Positions 25,191 through 39,179 of a stretch of 64,000 bases of DNA are shown piece after piece. Location of the stretch: assembly GCF_037042905.1 (NCBI RefSeq), contig NC_087250.1, positions 24,678,001-24,742,000 on the forward strand. Direction: 5' to 3'. Position 1 is the first letter of the stretch, and every line of letters begins with the position of its first letter. The translations under genes were made by a program, and so were the position numbers. This DNA is from Lytechinus pictus. Lineage: Eukaryota. Under the pieces are notes generated by a model, which made no database searches, was not told where the DNA came from, and worked only from the letters and a program-made list of their open reading frames with translations.

Positions 25191-26789
25191 TCCATGTGCT
25201 CTAGGACATTTCACTTGAACAGAAAATGAGGCTCCTACTTGCTCAACACTTCTTCAATAGACAAAACAACAGCTCCGAGCAACCCTCTGATTGAAAGGCG
25301 CCTAAGGCGGGAGTCAGGAGCAATGTGACGATTGCAAGGTATATATCCACACACTGTTACTGTCAACCCTGGTCAGGTGAATGAATGCCTGGCATGATGC
25401 AGTCCTTGAAATAAGCTGTAAAAGATGCAGGCTAAATCTGGGATTAATGGTATCCAAGTATTTGAAAGTGCACAAGAATATGATATTCGATATACAGAAC
25501 TATTTATTATTGTATTATCATTATTCTTTGTGTCATTCTCCTTATTGCTATTGCATTATTATCCCAGCCATGGCGTACCGGTAATATTCTTCAGCAAGAA
25601 ATTTATCCACATTGGGCGACACTCAACCCAGGTGAGGTGAATGGGTACCTGGCAGGATTAATTCCTTGAATCCACTGAGCGCTGAAAGGCAGCTCAAACT
25701 AAAGCAAGGATGATAATAATAACAATGCGCCTCATTTCTAGATAGATTGCGCAATATAATAATAATAATAATATAGGTATATTTACCCAGGGAAGCCACT
25801 TCAGTTCTGAAAACTGTTCTCCAGCGGGCCCTGCTATTATTATAAATGCCTAATATAAATGCCTACTATTATGTATAATTGGTAAATTTCCTTTAAGTTC
25901 CCTCAAATATTTAACGAGTAGGTGTGTGATATATGTGCAGTAACGACTCAAAAAAGATTGGGAATTCTCTGTCACAAAGATTTCCTTCTCCAGGCGGAGC
26001 CATTTCAACTTTCAAGATAAAGAATACATCCACGCTTTTCTTCTGAAAGAACTCCCTCCGATGAGGGCGGTAGACTGGGTCAACTTTATCAGAGATCACT
26101 TCCGACATTATGTGGCAGAGGTTTACAGCCCGTGGTTGACGCCCCCATGATGGAGATTTCGAGGTTGACGAGTCATTGTTCGGCAGATGGTACAAGTACA
26201 GAGGCAACCCGAATGTCAGCATGCAGGAATTCATCCACACCAATATCGTGTTTACACGTGCATCGGCGCTTTATTCAGAACCAAAATCCAATGCAGAATC
26301 AGCGTTTGGTTTATCTTGCTCTGTTTTTAAATGCTGTCACAGCTTGCAGAGCAGAATCGTCTCCCGGGACAAAAACCTGAAATGATCCGCGCACCAACGC
26401 TGGATCTGTGCGCTTACAGGTACATCATAATGGTAGAAAAAATGAAATGCGTGCCAATTGCCGATGCTGAATCGGCTTTCTGTTTACACGTAAAAAAAAG
26501 CTGATTCTGCATTGGCTTGCACCCTGTACCCACTACTTTGGTGGTACAAAATCGCTGATTCTGCACCGAGAGCCGATGCAAGTTAATCATGTCTACACGC
26601 AACAAAAAGCAGATTCTGCATCGGCTCGTCGTTCATTACTGAATATCCTGCCTGAGGTTCAAGACCAAGGATAATAGGTCATTTATGGTCAAAGAACTTT
26701 GGCCAAGTTGGGGGTATCTGTTGAATTACCTTAATAACTTTGAAAGTTTATGGATCTGATTCATGAAACATGGACATAAGAGTCTTCTA

Positions 26790-27320
26790 GAAGTGGACTA
26801 TTCTAGAAAGAAGGATAATGTTCTTTTTTTGTAACAATACTAGAAGCTTCCAGAATAGTGAAAATTTATATATATAAGCTGGCTGCTTCTTCAAGCACTT
26901 CATCATATCAGATCAGAACTCAGAGTTTTACACCAGACTTTATGTCAGAGCATAGTTTATTTCCAACTGGAATACAACATTTATCTTCTGTGGAATTATT
27001 TGCACGCCATCAATCAACCGTTTGCCGTTATTTTGAGAGAGGAATTCTCAGTTCTCATCAAGATCATCAACCCGTTTTAATGAACGCTTTTCAAAACTTG
27101 GATTACTGAAATTGACTGTTAATCCTCATCCAAATCATCTTCACGGACATTTCAACTCGTTACAGTGACTCTTGCTATTCATCGTGCTTCAACATAAATT
27201 TCATCGTCGCCATCATTGTGAACTATAATTTAAGGAATCTTAGCCAACCAACTTGGATTTAATACAGGACTATCATACTTTGGATTGCACATCTAACTCT
27301 TCAAGACATCATATCTACAT
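26790..27320 (+). repeat. Dispersed repeat, possibly solo-LTR-like; inverted copy at about 55080-55555
   Basis: Shared TATATAAGCTGGC and TTATCTTCTGTGGAATTATTTGCACGC segments; LTR identity not established. Confidence 0.6.
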
Positions 27321-27685
27321 GTATGTGTATACTTGAATTTATTGTATGTTTCATAAAAATCTTGACATTTGATTGGCTGATGAACCATGTTACCATGGTA
27401 GTTGCAGTAGTTACAAATTTACAATAGTTGTAACTCATTGTGAAGTGGGTGCTAGAACATGCAAAGCATGCATAATTCATATATTTATCCTTCAGTTTTA
27501 CCTAAACTTGACCAATATCAATGAGAATGAGTCCATGTATTTTATATACATGTACTTGTATACTTATATACAGTAATTCAGTGAGATTTGACAGAGGAAG
27601 GAGGAGAACAACGAAAATAAGGAGGATGGAGGAGGAGAAGTACAAGAATATGAAAGAGAAGAATAAGGAGAAGAAGGACAAGAAA

Positions 27686-30190
27686 ACTTCAGTTTAATTT
27701 AACCAAAGCTCATAATTTGGTGTGTATGATACTAGCATGGATCCCAGGAAGCCTATTGATTTTGGGGTCAAAAGGTCAAAGTCACAGTGACATGTTTTTA
27801 TCTTACCCTTCTGCAGTCCTTGTAAACTCGATAATTTCAGTTTAATTTGACCTAGGCTCATATAATTTGGTGTGTATGATACTAGCATGTATCCCAGGAA
27901 GCCTAGTGATTTTGAGGTCCAATGGTCAAGGTCACAGTGACATGTTTTCATCTTACCCTTCTGCAGTCCTTGTAAAAGCGATAACTTCAGTTTAACTTAG
28001 TCGAGGCTCATATAATTTGGTGTGTATAATACTAGCATGGATCCCAGGAAACCTTTTGATTTGGAGGTCAAGGTCATATTGACATGTTTTCATCTTACCC
28101 TTCTAAAGTCTTTGTACTGTAAGTAAACGTGATATTTTCAGTTTAGCCATGGTTTAACTTAACCCTAATTCTCCCGGGGGGGGGGGGGGGGGGGGCTATA
28201 ATGTAAAAAAACAAAGAAATACATAAGAAATTCATAAAACAATAAAATACATAAGAAATTGATTTCCAAACCGAAGTTTTTAATTTCCGTTTTTAAGAAT
28301 GCTACAAAGAATATTTTTACCAAAAATAAGCATTTTAGGGGCTTTATTTAGTGAATTAGAGCAAAACATATGATTTATGCATAAATTAGCATAATTCATA
28401 TAAAATAAAATCTCATTATTTTGGAAAATTTTACCATACAGCCTTGTAGATTACATCGCACACTACCAGCGTGCAAATTTTTGGGTCGCTCGCGCGATCG
28501 GCGGCCGAGATCTTAAGGGGGGGCCATAATGGCCCCCCCCCCCTGGGAATGACAAGAATCAAAATACCCCGGGAGATTTAGGGTTAACCTAGGCTCAGCT
28601 AATTTGGTGTGTATGATACTTGCATGGATCCCAGGAAGCCTATAGATTTTGAGGTCAAAAGGTGGAAGGTCAAGGTCACAGTGACGTTTTCATCTTACCC
28701 TTCTGCAGTTTTTGTAAACGCGATACCTTCAGTTTAACTTAACCTCGGCTCATATAATTTGATGTGTATGATTATGATACTAGCATGGATCCCAAGAAGC
28801 CTTTTGATTTTGAGGTCAAGGTCATACTGACATGTTTTCATCTTCCCCTTCTAAAGTCTTTGTACAAATAAACGTGATATTTTCAGTTTAGCCATGGTTT
28901 AACTTAACCTAGGCTCAGCTAACTTGGTGTGTATGATACTAGCATGGATCCCAGGAAGCCTATTGATTTTTAGATAAAAGGTCAAGGTCACAGTGACGTT
29001 TTCATCTTACCCTTCTGCAGTCCTTGTAAACGCGATAACTTCAGTTCAACTTAGCCGAGGCTCATATAATTTGGTGTGTATAATACTAGCATGGATCCCA
29101 GGAAGCCTTTTGATTTTGAGGTCAAGGTCATACTGACATGTTTTCATCTTACCCTTCTAAAGTCTTTGTACAAGTAAATGCGATAACTTCAGTTTAACTT
29201 AGCCGAGGCTCATATAATTTGGTGTGTATGATACTAGCATGGATCCCAGGAAGCCTAGTGATTTTGAGGTCAAGGTCATACTGACATGTTTTCATCTTCC
29301 CCTTCTAAAGTCTTTGTACAAATAAACGTGATATTTTCAGTTTAGCCATGGTTTAACTTAACCTAGGCTCAGCTAACTTGGTGTGTATGATACTAGCATG
29401 GATCCCAGGAAGCCTATTGATTTTTAGATAAAAGGTCAAGGTCACAGTGACGTTTTCATCTTACCCTTCTGCAGTCCTTGTAAACGCGATAACTTCAGTT
29501 CAACTTAGCCGAGGCTCATATAATAATACTAGCATGGATCCCAGGAAGCCTTTTGATTTTGAGGTCAAGGTCATACTGACATGTTTTCATCTTACCCTTC
29601 TAAAGTCTTTGTACAAGTAATTGCGATAACTTCAGTTTAACTTAGCCGAGGCTCATATAATTTGGTGTGTATGATATTAGCATGGATCCCAGGAAGCCTA
29701 GTGATTTCGAGGTCAAGGTCATACTGACATGTTTTCATCTTACCCTTCTAAAGTCTTTGTACAAGTAAATGCGATAACTTCAGTTTAACTTAACCTAAGA
29801 TCATATAATTTGGTGTATATGATACTTGCATGGATCCCAGGAAGCCTATTGATTTTGAGGTCCAAAGGTCAAGGTCACAGTGCCAAGTTTTCATCATACC
29901 CTTCTGCAGTCCTTGTAAACACGATAACTTAAGTTTTAACTTAATTTAGGCTCATATAATTTGGCGTGTTTGGTACTTGCTTGGATCCCAGGAAGCCTAT
30001 TAGTATTGATTTTGGGGTCAAAAGATCAAAGGTCAAGGTCACAATGACATGTTATATCTTACCCTTCTGCAGTCCTTGTAAATGTGATAACTTCAGTTTA
30101 ACTTAACCAAGGCTCATATAAGTTGGTGTGTATGATGCTAGCAGAGATCCCAGGAATTCTATTGATTTTGAGTTCAGAAGGTCAAAGGTG
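27686..30190 (+). repeat. Tandem array of about 130-145 bp units (probably the interior of another HINE-like element)
   Basis: Recurrent GATACTAGCATGGATCCCAGGAAGCC...GAGGTCAAGGTCA...CATCTTACCCTTCT, about 15 copies with alternating variants. Confidence 0.9.
28163..28583. mobile_element. piggyBac-like MITE inserted in the tandem array
   Basis: TTAA|CCCTAATTCTCCCGGGG...CCCCGGGAGATTTAGGG|TTAA; neighbouring array units carry the single empty TTAA (AACTTAACCTAGG). Confidence 0.85.
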
Positions 30191-30868
30191 AAGTCACCAC
30201 CTTCCACTTTTCTTGCTTGAACAATAAATCCATTTTCCACATTACAGACGGGTGTATTTTAAAGCTCGCTTTAGTTTAGCGACACTCTTATTAAGTGTAT
30301 AAAAGCATTGATTTCACCATAGTTTTTTATTCCTTGTATGGATTCATATTTCTCTTTTATTCCATCTTTTACAGAGCAAACTTCCTAATGGATCGTGGTG
30401 TATGGAGCAATAGTGTGATGCTGCTGGCCAGATACATGGAGGTAAAGTGTTATGTTTGCATTCCTGTTAATGGATGGATAGTTCTATATTCAAGCCGTCA
30501 TGCTTTTATTTGCAGTGCAAACTTGGGTGCTTGAAATGGGTTCAGTCACTGTGAAACCCGGTTTGGTGGCTGGCTGTTTGATGAGCAAATACATGTAGTA
30601 AGAATTCATCTCATCATCATTTCGATTGCAGGAACTATCTTTATTTGGTTAGTCCTGCAGGATTTAAAAACTTACCTGTATATAATTATATGTGACATGT
30701 TTGTATGATAAGACATGGTGCATAAAATCTGTTGTGGTCTAGCCTGAATAAAGCCAAATCTGCTGTACGCTGGTTTCTTTACCACCCATGTTGAAACACT
30801 TTTCAGCCTCTGCATGCTTTTTTCTAATTTTGCCCATAGATTTGTGTAGAGAAGGTAGTTATGTCCCT

Positions 30869-33000
30869 GGGGTGGTATTCTGAGGTCATTTTATCTTTGA
30901 AATATTTTATTTTATCTTTTAAAATGAAATTGGTATTCTGAGATGACATTTTATCTCTCAGATACACAGTCAGTAGGCAGGTCCCAAAAAAGTGGCTTGT
31001 TTCATCCAAGTGATATTCATGACTTGAGAAGTTTTGCATATTTAATGAGCTTGATGCGGACCAAAACTCCTCTTTTCATTCTGTCATTGCTGCTCTAATT
31101 GTGCATCGAATTTCATGATTCTGGTATCATTGTAAAGAAGAAGAATCATTCTTTCAGGTCATGTGTTTGAATTTATTCAAAGATTTTGTAATATATGTTA
31201 AAATTGTGATCTAAAATATGCTACAAAACAATTATTTTCACCTGACAAAAGCTGCTATTTTCACACTTTATTTTTGTTTGAGCCCAAATGATTTTTATAT
31301 CATGATAAAGCTGAATATGTATGCTTTAAAATGGTATAGGTTTCAAAATAAGAACTGGTTTAATCAGGTCAAGATCACACTTTTCATTGTCCAAGTACAT
31401 AAAGCAGCTTGAAAACAAGAATACTGCACTCTGATTGGTCAAAGGGACCACACACTGGCAAATTCCAACGGTTCCACTGCCTGGGCTCATGGGAAGGTCA
31501 CACTTCCCATGTGGTAATCTCCTCAAACTACCCGCGCCTGTTGTTCTGTGAACCTTATCCAGCCAATCAGAACTCTGGATTTCATGCAAGTACACAATTT
31601 CAGAAATCTCGTCTTGTACCTTGGTGGGAAAAGTGTGATCTTGACCCGATTAAAAGGTGTCGCATATCAAGAGTGGCATTGTGAGAAAGTACAGAAGTTC
31701 AGCTTTATGGTGATATATATATCATTGAGGCTCAAAATAAAAAGTTTTGCACAATTTGCAAAAGAAAACAGAGGAAGAAAATTCAGTTTTGAGGCACATT
31801 TTCAGGCCAGAAATTCACTTATTTCTCAAACTATTGTATACAAAATAAATGACCAATGTGAAAGAATAACATTTACTCTATCTGATGGTGCAATGATATT
31901 TCATTTATCTAGAGGTTAAAACAGGTAAATTATTAGAGAAAGAAAATCTCACGAATCACGAGATTTTGCAAGGAGGAGGATTCAGCCCCGAGATGATTTG
32001 GATGAATCTGGCCTTTTTGCTCATTAGCATGGGGACCTGCGGTCTGACTGTACAATTTACAATTTCATCTTGAGTATCTATGATGATGCGCAACAGAGCT
32101 GTTATGATTGGGAAATCATAGTTATACTAAAGTGAAAGGACTTTAGATAATTTCTGTGATACTTCTTTGTGTGAGACATCACAAGATGATGGCTCAGGTA
32201 ACCACACATTCCAATGAGATGAAGTACTCTCTCTATCCATGCTAAAATGAGAGTTAATTGTACAAATGAGTTTAGATCCAATAAAGTATTCGAACTATAC
32301 ACACGTGTCTCTCAAGCCTCCTAAATATTGTTTAACTGGAACTCTACAAAAGCAATGGCTGCGTAGACATACACATCGCGTATCTGGCCATTGCAACGCG
32401 GGTGATGTGCTTGCGCCCAAGTAACTTTGAAGAAAAAATAAAATAAATTTAAAAGAGGGTAGGGGCTATTTTATCTCTGCGACGTTGATTTCGTCAATAT
32501 TTCTAGATGAATTAACTCCAAATGTTGACATGAAAAGGAAGAAAATTCATATGTTTATTGAGAACAACACCTCAACGTTATTCCTGTACATTCAGGAAGT
32601 ATTTCATAAGACTTTTCTTGACTAAATATTGTATTTGAAATGATGATTGAAAAGATGCATATAGACTTCGAAAAAAAGATGAGAGTATCGTCATTCTTGT
32701 TAAAAAGAAATCTCTGTAAAGACGTGAAGCATATAGTGCAAGCGTATTGAAGTCAATAAATTGACTTCAAATAGATAAATGGATTTCCATTGGTTGAGTG
32801 ATATGAGAGAGCTATTAAAGCATGTTTCCAATTGGATATTGATTAAAAAATAGGTGTGACTTACAGAGATAAAGTGAAGATAAAATTGTTCTCAGAATAC
32901 CAATTCGGAGAGATTTTAAGGGTATTTTATCTCATTGATTTTAACGGAGATAAAATATTTTATTTTATCTGAAATAAAATGGATCTCAGAATACCACCCC
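30869..33000. mobile_element. Harbinger-like non-autonomous element with a nested TIR element (about 30965-32051)
   Basis: TIR GGGGTGGTATTCTGAG at both ends; inner element CAGTCAG..GCAGGTCCC / GGGACCTGCGGTCTGACTG. Right part (32390-33000) recurs inverted at about 50601-51695. Confidence 0.7.
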
Positions 33001-33106
33001 AGTTTTCATCTTTTTGTAATCCTTTGTCCCTGTTTATGGACCTCCAATGTTGGCGATTATGCACTCATTCTATGAGTGGTTTAATGTTGATGAGGTTTGG
33101 GGCCAG

Positions 33107-33276
33107 GGGGCCGTTTCATAAAGCTGTTCGTAAGTTAAGAGTGACTTTTAGAACGACTGGTGAACATTTCTTACGCGCTAAACCATCGCCAATAAACATA
33201 CCGTTTACCACAAGAAAGAATCACCAGTCGTTCTTAAGTCGCTCTTATCTTACGAACAGCTTTATGAAACACCCAC
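33107..33276. mobile_element. 170-bp PIF/Harbinger-like MITE family
   Basis: GGGGCCGTTTCATAAAGCTGTTCG...CGAACAGCTTTATGAAACACCCAC, CWG flanks; other copies at about 14271-14443, 21240-21410 and 58584-58742. Confidence 0.8.
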
Positions 33277-33966
33277 CTGGTTATTTGGCGTGTCTGGTGT
33301 ACCTGCACCTTGAAGGCCATGACAGGAAACCATTCACTGGCCATGGTGTTAAAACACCCTAGTTATACCTGTATAACACCCTGGGGACCACTGTGAAAGC
33401 ATGTAGTTCCTTTCTGCGCATGATCAAAAGATTCTACGCATGATCAGAGGAAGGTCATTTGTACTAACGTGACATGGTGGTTTAAAATCTCATGAGATAA
33501 GCACCAACTTTGATGTCTTGATTATTCATATATTCTTTTGAATAGTGGTTTTCATTTACATCCACAAAAAACAACAAGGCGTCCATGAACGACTGGTATT
33601 TCACAGTTTGCCAAGTACATTGTGCAACATGCTATGATATGCATTCAAAGTAGGAATGCAACAAATACCTTCATAAAGTGTTCATTGGTGTGCTATTCTA
33701 GTCACCTGGTCTATTCAATTTCTTCATCCTGCTATGTAAGGCAAGCTTACGTAATATCTTGCTTTGAAATCTGCCTATCATAATGAAAGAAATGAAAGGT
33801 CATTTGACTAAAATTGTCCATGATTAACTACGAACTGGTCTATAGTCGGGGAGAGATGTAGCATGAACCCCCCTCCCCGCATTGATCATTGGAAAAACTT
33901 GGATAATGACATATATCCAAATCTACACAGTGAAAACTATTATGGTGTTTATTGGTGTACATACAT

Positions 33967-36900
33967 ATGAGGCGCCGAATGTACCAATATTATATAGAAC
34001 AATTATTTGTTATATAATCATTATTTATTAAATAATAACTATTATTTATATATAATTTACATTTTATTTGTAAATAACTACTATTATATAAAATATCATT
34101 TCTAATTATTTATATATAATTCCAAGTAATACTTCATTATTTGTAAATAATAATAGTTCGACATTCCATTATTTATAAATAATGATTATTTGTTTTTCAT
34201 TATTTATAAATAATGATTATTTGTTTTTCATTATTTACAAATAATGATTATTTGTTTTTCATTATTTATAAATAATTTGTTGAGTTTTCCATTATTTATA
34301 AATAATGATTATTTGTTAAATAATGAAAACGTCTACTTCATTATTTATAAATAATTTTTTCGAGTGCACCATTATTCTCATTATTTATAAATAATCATTA
34401 TTTAATGTTCGAGTTTTCCATTATTTATAAATAATGATTATTTGTTAAATAATGAAAACGTCTACTTCATTATTTATAAATAATTTTTTCGAGTGCACCA
34501 TTATTCTCATTATTTATAAATAATCATTATTTAATGTTCGAGTTTTCCATTATTTATAAATAAAGATTATTTGTTAAATAATGAAATATCTACTTCATTA
34601 TTTATAAATAATAATTTTGTTTCAATATCCCATTATTTATAAATAATCATTATTTATAAACAATTTTTACAGTTTGCCATTATATACAAATAATCATTAT
34701 TTATATACAAATAACCATTATTTATTAAATAATGCCATTATTTATTAAATAATGCCATTATTTATTAAATAATGCCATTATTTATTAAATAATGCCATTA
34801 TTTATTAAATAATGGAAAACTCGCTATAACATGCAAATGTGGGACCGCCCATGATATGAATATTCATGATGCGATTTCCTTTTTCGTGATTTTTCTTCAC
34901 AAATTTTTGTCCATTTCCTCTTCATAATGACATTTCTTGAAGCAATTTTCTAGAGATATGGTCTGATTGTAATATTCTTCATTTTCTATATAACTTCGTC
35001 TTCGTAGAAATATCAAAAAGTGTAATTTTATTCGATTTTTCCTACAGTTCACAATCCCCATAGGCGCGCGTGTACGGTAGGGACAACCGGTGAATCGACG
35101 GAGTGCTCTTCATCGAAATACTACGTTGGTTGGTCCCCGGAAGTGGCAGGCGGAATTTAGCCCGAATCCTCGATGGAAGTCAATCAAGTGCATATGAGCT
35201 GAGAGAGTGAAATATCAGTGTACTTGTACAGGCCCTTCTACTTTTTATAAATATTTCTTGTTGCTTTTTTTGTTAAGTTAATTTTTCCTGGTATAGAGAT
35301 AAGTTTCAGTTCTAATAATGCACTTCAAATACATTTTGGAGTGTCTGTTTGAGGCGTTTGGGGCGATTTCACCCTGGCCCCAAAATGCTCGCAACGACAA
35401 TACGGGGGCATGATGACCCCTAAATTTTTAAAAACTTATTTTTCTATTAAAAATTATCACAAAATTCACCAAAAGTGTGCACGAAAGCCTTCGTATTTCA
35501 CTTTTAAAACTCCAAAAAGTGCCCAAATGACAAGCTTGGTCGCTTCGCTGTGTCGCTTTCAACTTGAGAACGTTTACGCGTCTGCTTCCCCCCCCCCCCT
35601 CCTCCGAAAGAAATTCTGTATACGGCCATGCTCTGAAGAGCCTGGCACATTGATTTATGTATACTTTCATTTTCATTATTTTTATCTCATTATCAACATG
35701 GCCTTACGCAGAATTTTTTCCAGGGGGGCCGGGGCCGGAGCATGACGCGCGTAAACTTTCTCAAAAAAATCTTGAAAGCGAGACAGCCACGGGACCAAGC
35801 CCAAATGACAAGCTTGGTCGCTTCGCTGTCTCGCTTTCAACTTGAGAACGTTTACACGCGTCTGCCCCCACCCCCCGAAAGAAATTCTGTGAACGGCCAT
35901 GCTCTAGTAAAGAGCCTGGCACATATTGATTTATGTATACTTCATTTTCATTATTTTTATCTCATTATCATCATGGCCTTACGCAGAATTTTTTCCGGGG
36001 GGGGGGGGGGGGGGGGTGGGGGGAGCAGGACGCGCGTGAACTTTCTCATAAAAATCTTGAAAAAGCGAAGCGACCAAGCTTGTCATTCGGGCTTGGTCCC
36101 GTGGCTGTCTCGCTTTCAAGATTTTTTTGAGAAAGTTTACGCGCGTCATGCTCCGGCCCCGGCCCCCCTGGAAAAAATTCTGCTTAAGGCCATGTTGATA
36201 ATGAGATAAAAATAATGAAAATGAAAGTATACATAAATCAATGTGCCAGGCTCTTCAGAGAATGGCCGTATACAGAATTTCTTTCGGAGGAGGGGGGGGG
36301 GGGAAGCAGACGCGTAAACGTTCTCAAGTTGAAAGCGACACAGCGAAGCGACCAAGCTTGTCATTTGGGCACTTTTTGGAGTTTTAAAAGTGAAATACGA
36401 AGGCTTTCGTGCACACTTTTGGTGAATTTTGTGATAATTTTCAATAGAAAAATAAGTTTTTAAAAATTTAGGGGTCATCATGCCCCCGTATTGTCGTTGC
36501 GAGCATTTTGGGGCCAGGGTGAAATCGCCCCAAACGCCTCAAACAGACACTCCAAAATGTATTTGAAGTGCATTATTAGAACTGAAACTTATCTCTATAC
36601 CAGGAAAAATTAACTTAACAACAAAAGCAACAAGAAATATTTATAAAAAGTAGAAGGGCCTGTACAAGTACACTGATATTTCACTCTCTCAGCTCATATG
36701 CACTTGATTGACTTCCATCGAGGATTCGGGCTAAATTCCGCCCGCCACTTCCGGGGACCAACCAACGTAGTATTTCGATGAAGAGCACTCCGTCGATTCA
36801 CCGGTTGTCCCTACCGTACACGCGCGCCTATGGGGATTGTGAACTGTAGGAAAAATCGAATAAAATTACACTTTTTGATATTTCTACGAAGACGAAGTTA

Positions 36901-37925
36901 TATAGAAAATGAAGAATATTACAATCAGACCATATCTCTAGAAAATTGCTTCAAGAAATGTCATTATGAAGAGGAAATGGACAAAAATTTGTGAAGAAAA
37001 ATCACGAAAAAGGAAATCGCATCATGAATATTCATATCATGGGCGGTCCCACATTTGCATGTTATAGCGAGTTTTCCATTATTTAATAAATAATGGCATT
37101 ATTTAATAAATAATGGCATTATTTAATAAATAATGGCATTATTTAATAAATAATGGCATTATTTAATAAATAATGGTTATTTGTATATAAATAATGATTA
37201 TTTGTATATAATGGCAAACTGTAAAAATTGTTTATAAATAATGATTATTTATAAATAATGGGATATTGAAACAAAATTATTATTTATAAATAATGAAGTA
37301 GATATTTCATTATTTAACAAATAATCTTTATTTATAAATAATGGAAAACTCGAACATTAAATAATGATTATTTATAAATAATGAGAATAATGGTGCACTC
37401 GAAAAAATTATTTATAAATAATGAAGTAGACGTTTTCATTATTTAACAAATAATCATTATTTATAAATAATGGAAAACTCGAACATTAAATAATGATTAT
37501 TTATAAATAATGAGAATAATGGTGCACTCGAAAAAATTATTTATAAATAATGAAGTAGACGTTTTCATTATTTAACAAATAATCATTATTTATAAATAAT
37601 GGAAAACTCAACAAATTATTTATAAATAATGAAAAACAAATAATCATTATTTGTAAATAATGAAAAACAAATAATCATTATTTATAAATAATGAAAAACA
37701 AATAATCATTATTTATAAATAATGGAATGTCGAACTATTATTATTTACAAATAATGAAGTATTACTTGGAATTATATATAAATAATTAGAAATGATATTT
37801 TATATAATAGTAGTTATTTACAAATAAAATGTAAATTATATATAAATAATAGTTATTATTTAATAAATAATGATATATATAACAAATAATTGTTCTATAT
37901 AATATTGGTACATTCGGCGCCTCAT
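33967..37925. mobile_element. 3.96-kb foldback (giant palindrome) element
   Basis: Arms 33967-35827 and 36064-37925 are near-identical reverse complements with a 236-bp spacer; ACATACAT direct repeat at 33959-33966 and 37926-37933. Confidence 0.92.
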
Positions 37926-39179
37926 ACATACATGTATAGGGACACGCCAGTCATTTTAATTTGTTGTTATTTCAACACCTATGGATGTTATTGTTATTTC
38001 AACACCTTTGGTTGTTACTTTTACACCCTTAAGTGTTGTATCAATCTCTTTGGTGTAACTTTAACATCTCAGGGTGTGTTCCTCTATGAACACCAACTGG
38101 TGTCGGCTTTTAACACCCTGTTTTTAAAGTGTTCACATATCTGAATAATTCAGTGATTTATCGATGCATGGTGCTATGTAGTTGAAGATGAGTTAACTTG
38201 TGAAAATTTATAACCTTCAAAGTTTTCTTATTTCATGTTTTTGCAGAGCTCTACATGAAATTGGTATATATACACATGAACATATTCTGTTATACCATGT
38301 GATACAAAGTGAGAATAGAAAGTAGAATATTGAATCCCTGCTAATCATAACTTGCCATCAGATTCATATTGTTTATCTTCCTTTAGTCCAGTCAATCTAG
38401 CCAGAATAGGGGGGCAACCCACCACTAATTGCAACACGAGATATTCCACTGAAATGCTTTCCAGGAAGGTCCCCTAAACAACATACTAAAAGTCCCAAGA
38501 AATCCAAGCAGTGGAAATTTATGAAATTTGCATATTATGCAAATTAGCCATGAAAAATTAGAAAAAGAAGGGAAATAATCCAAAGAGTACAAATTAAATG
38601 TCCAAAATAATTTGATTTGAATGGAAATTCATGATAAATAACTGAAGTCAATGTTTTCAATCAAAAGTGCAAAAATTTCTACCTCATTTGCATATTATGC
38701 AAATAAGCATCCTTATATGGAAAAAATGTCAAGATATTGTGATTTTTCTCATATAGACTGCTTCAAAACATTTCATTAATGTTGACATTAATATGCTACT
38801 ATATAACTAAGCATGAGAATTCATCCCAATGCCTGAAAATTAATTTGCATATTATGCAAATTAGCCATTTAAAAAAATAGAAAATGAGAAATGAGAAAAA
38901 TTAAATGTCCACAGCAAGTAATTTTGAACATGATGAATAAATAAGTTCAATGTCTATATTTAAAAGAGCTAGCAAATCTGCCTCATTTGCATATTATGCA
39001 AATAAGTATCCTTATATGGAAAATGTCAAGAAATTTAGATTTTTATCACATTGACTGCAGTGAAAACATTTAAGTTTTTTCAAATTAATATGCTGCTATC
39101 ACTAAGCATTCAAATCTATCCTAATATGATTTATATTCAAGGAAAAATACTTGAAATATGTTCTTCGCTTCTTAAGCGT

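Noticed and set aside
35410..36481. Paired 111-aa and 82-aa ORFs in the palindrome centre
   Set aside because: Mirror products of the inverted repeat, crossing homopolymer runs, with no recognisable domain.
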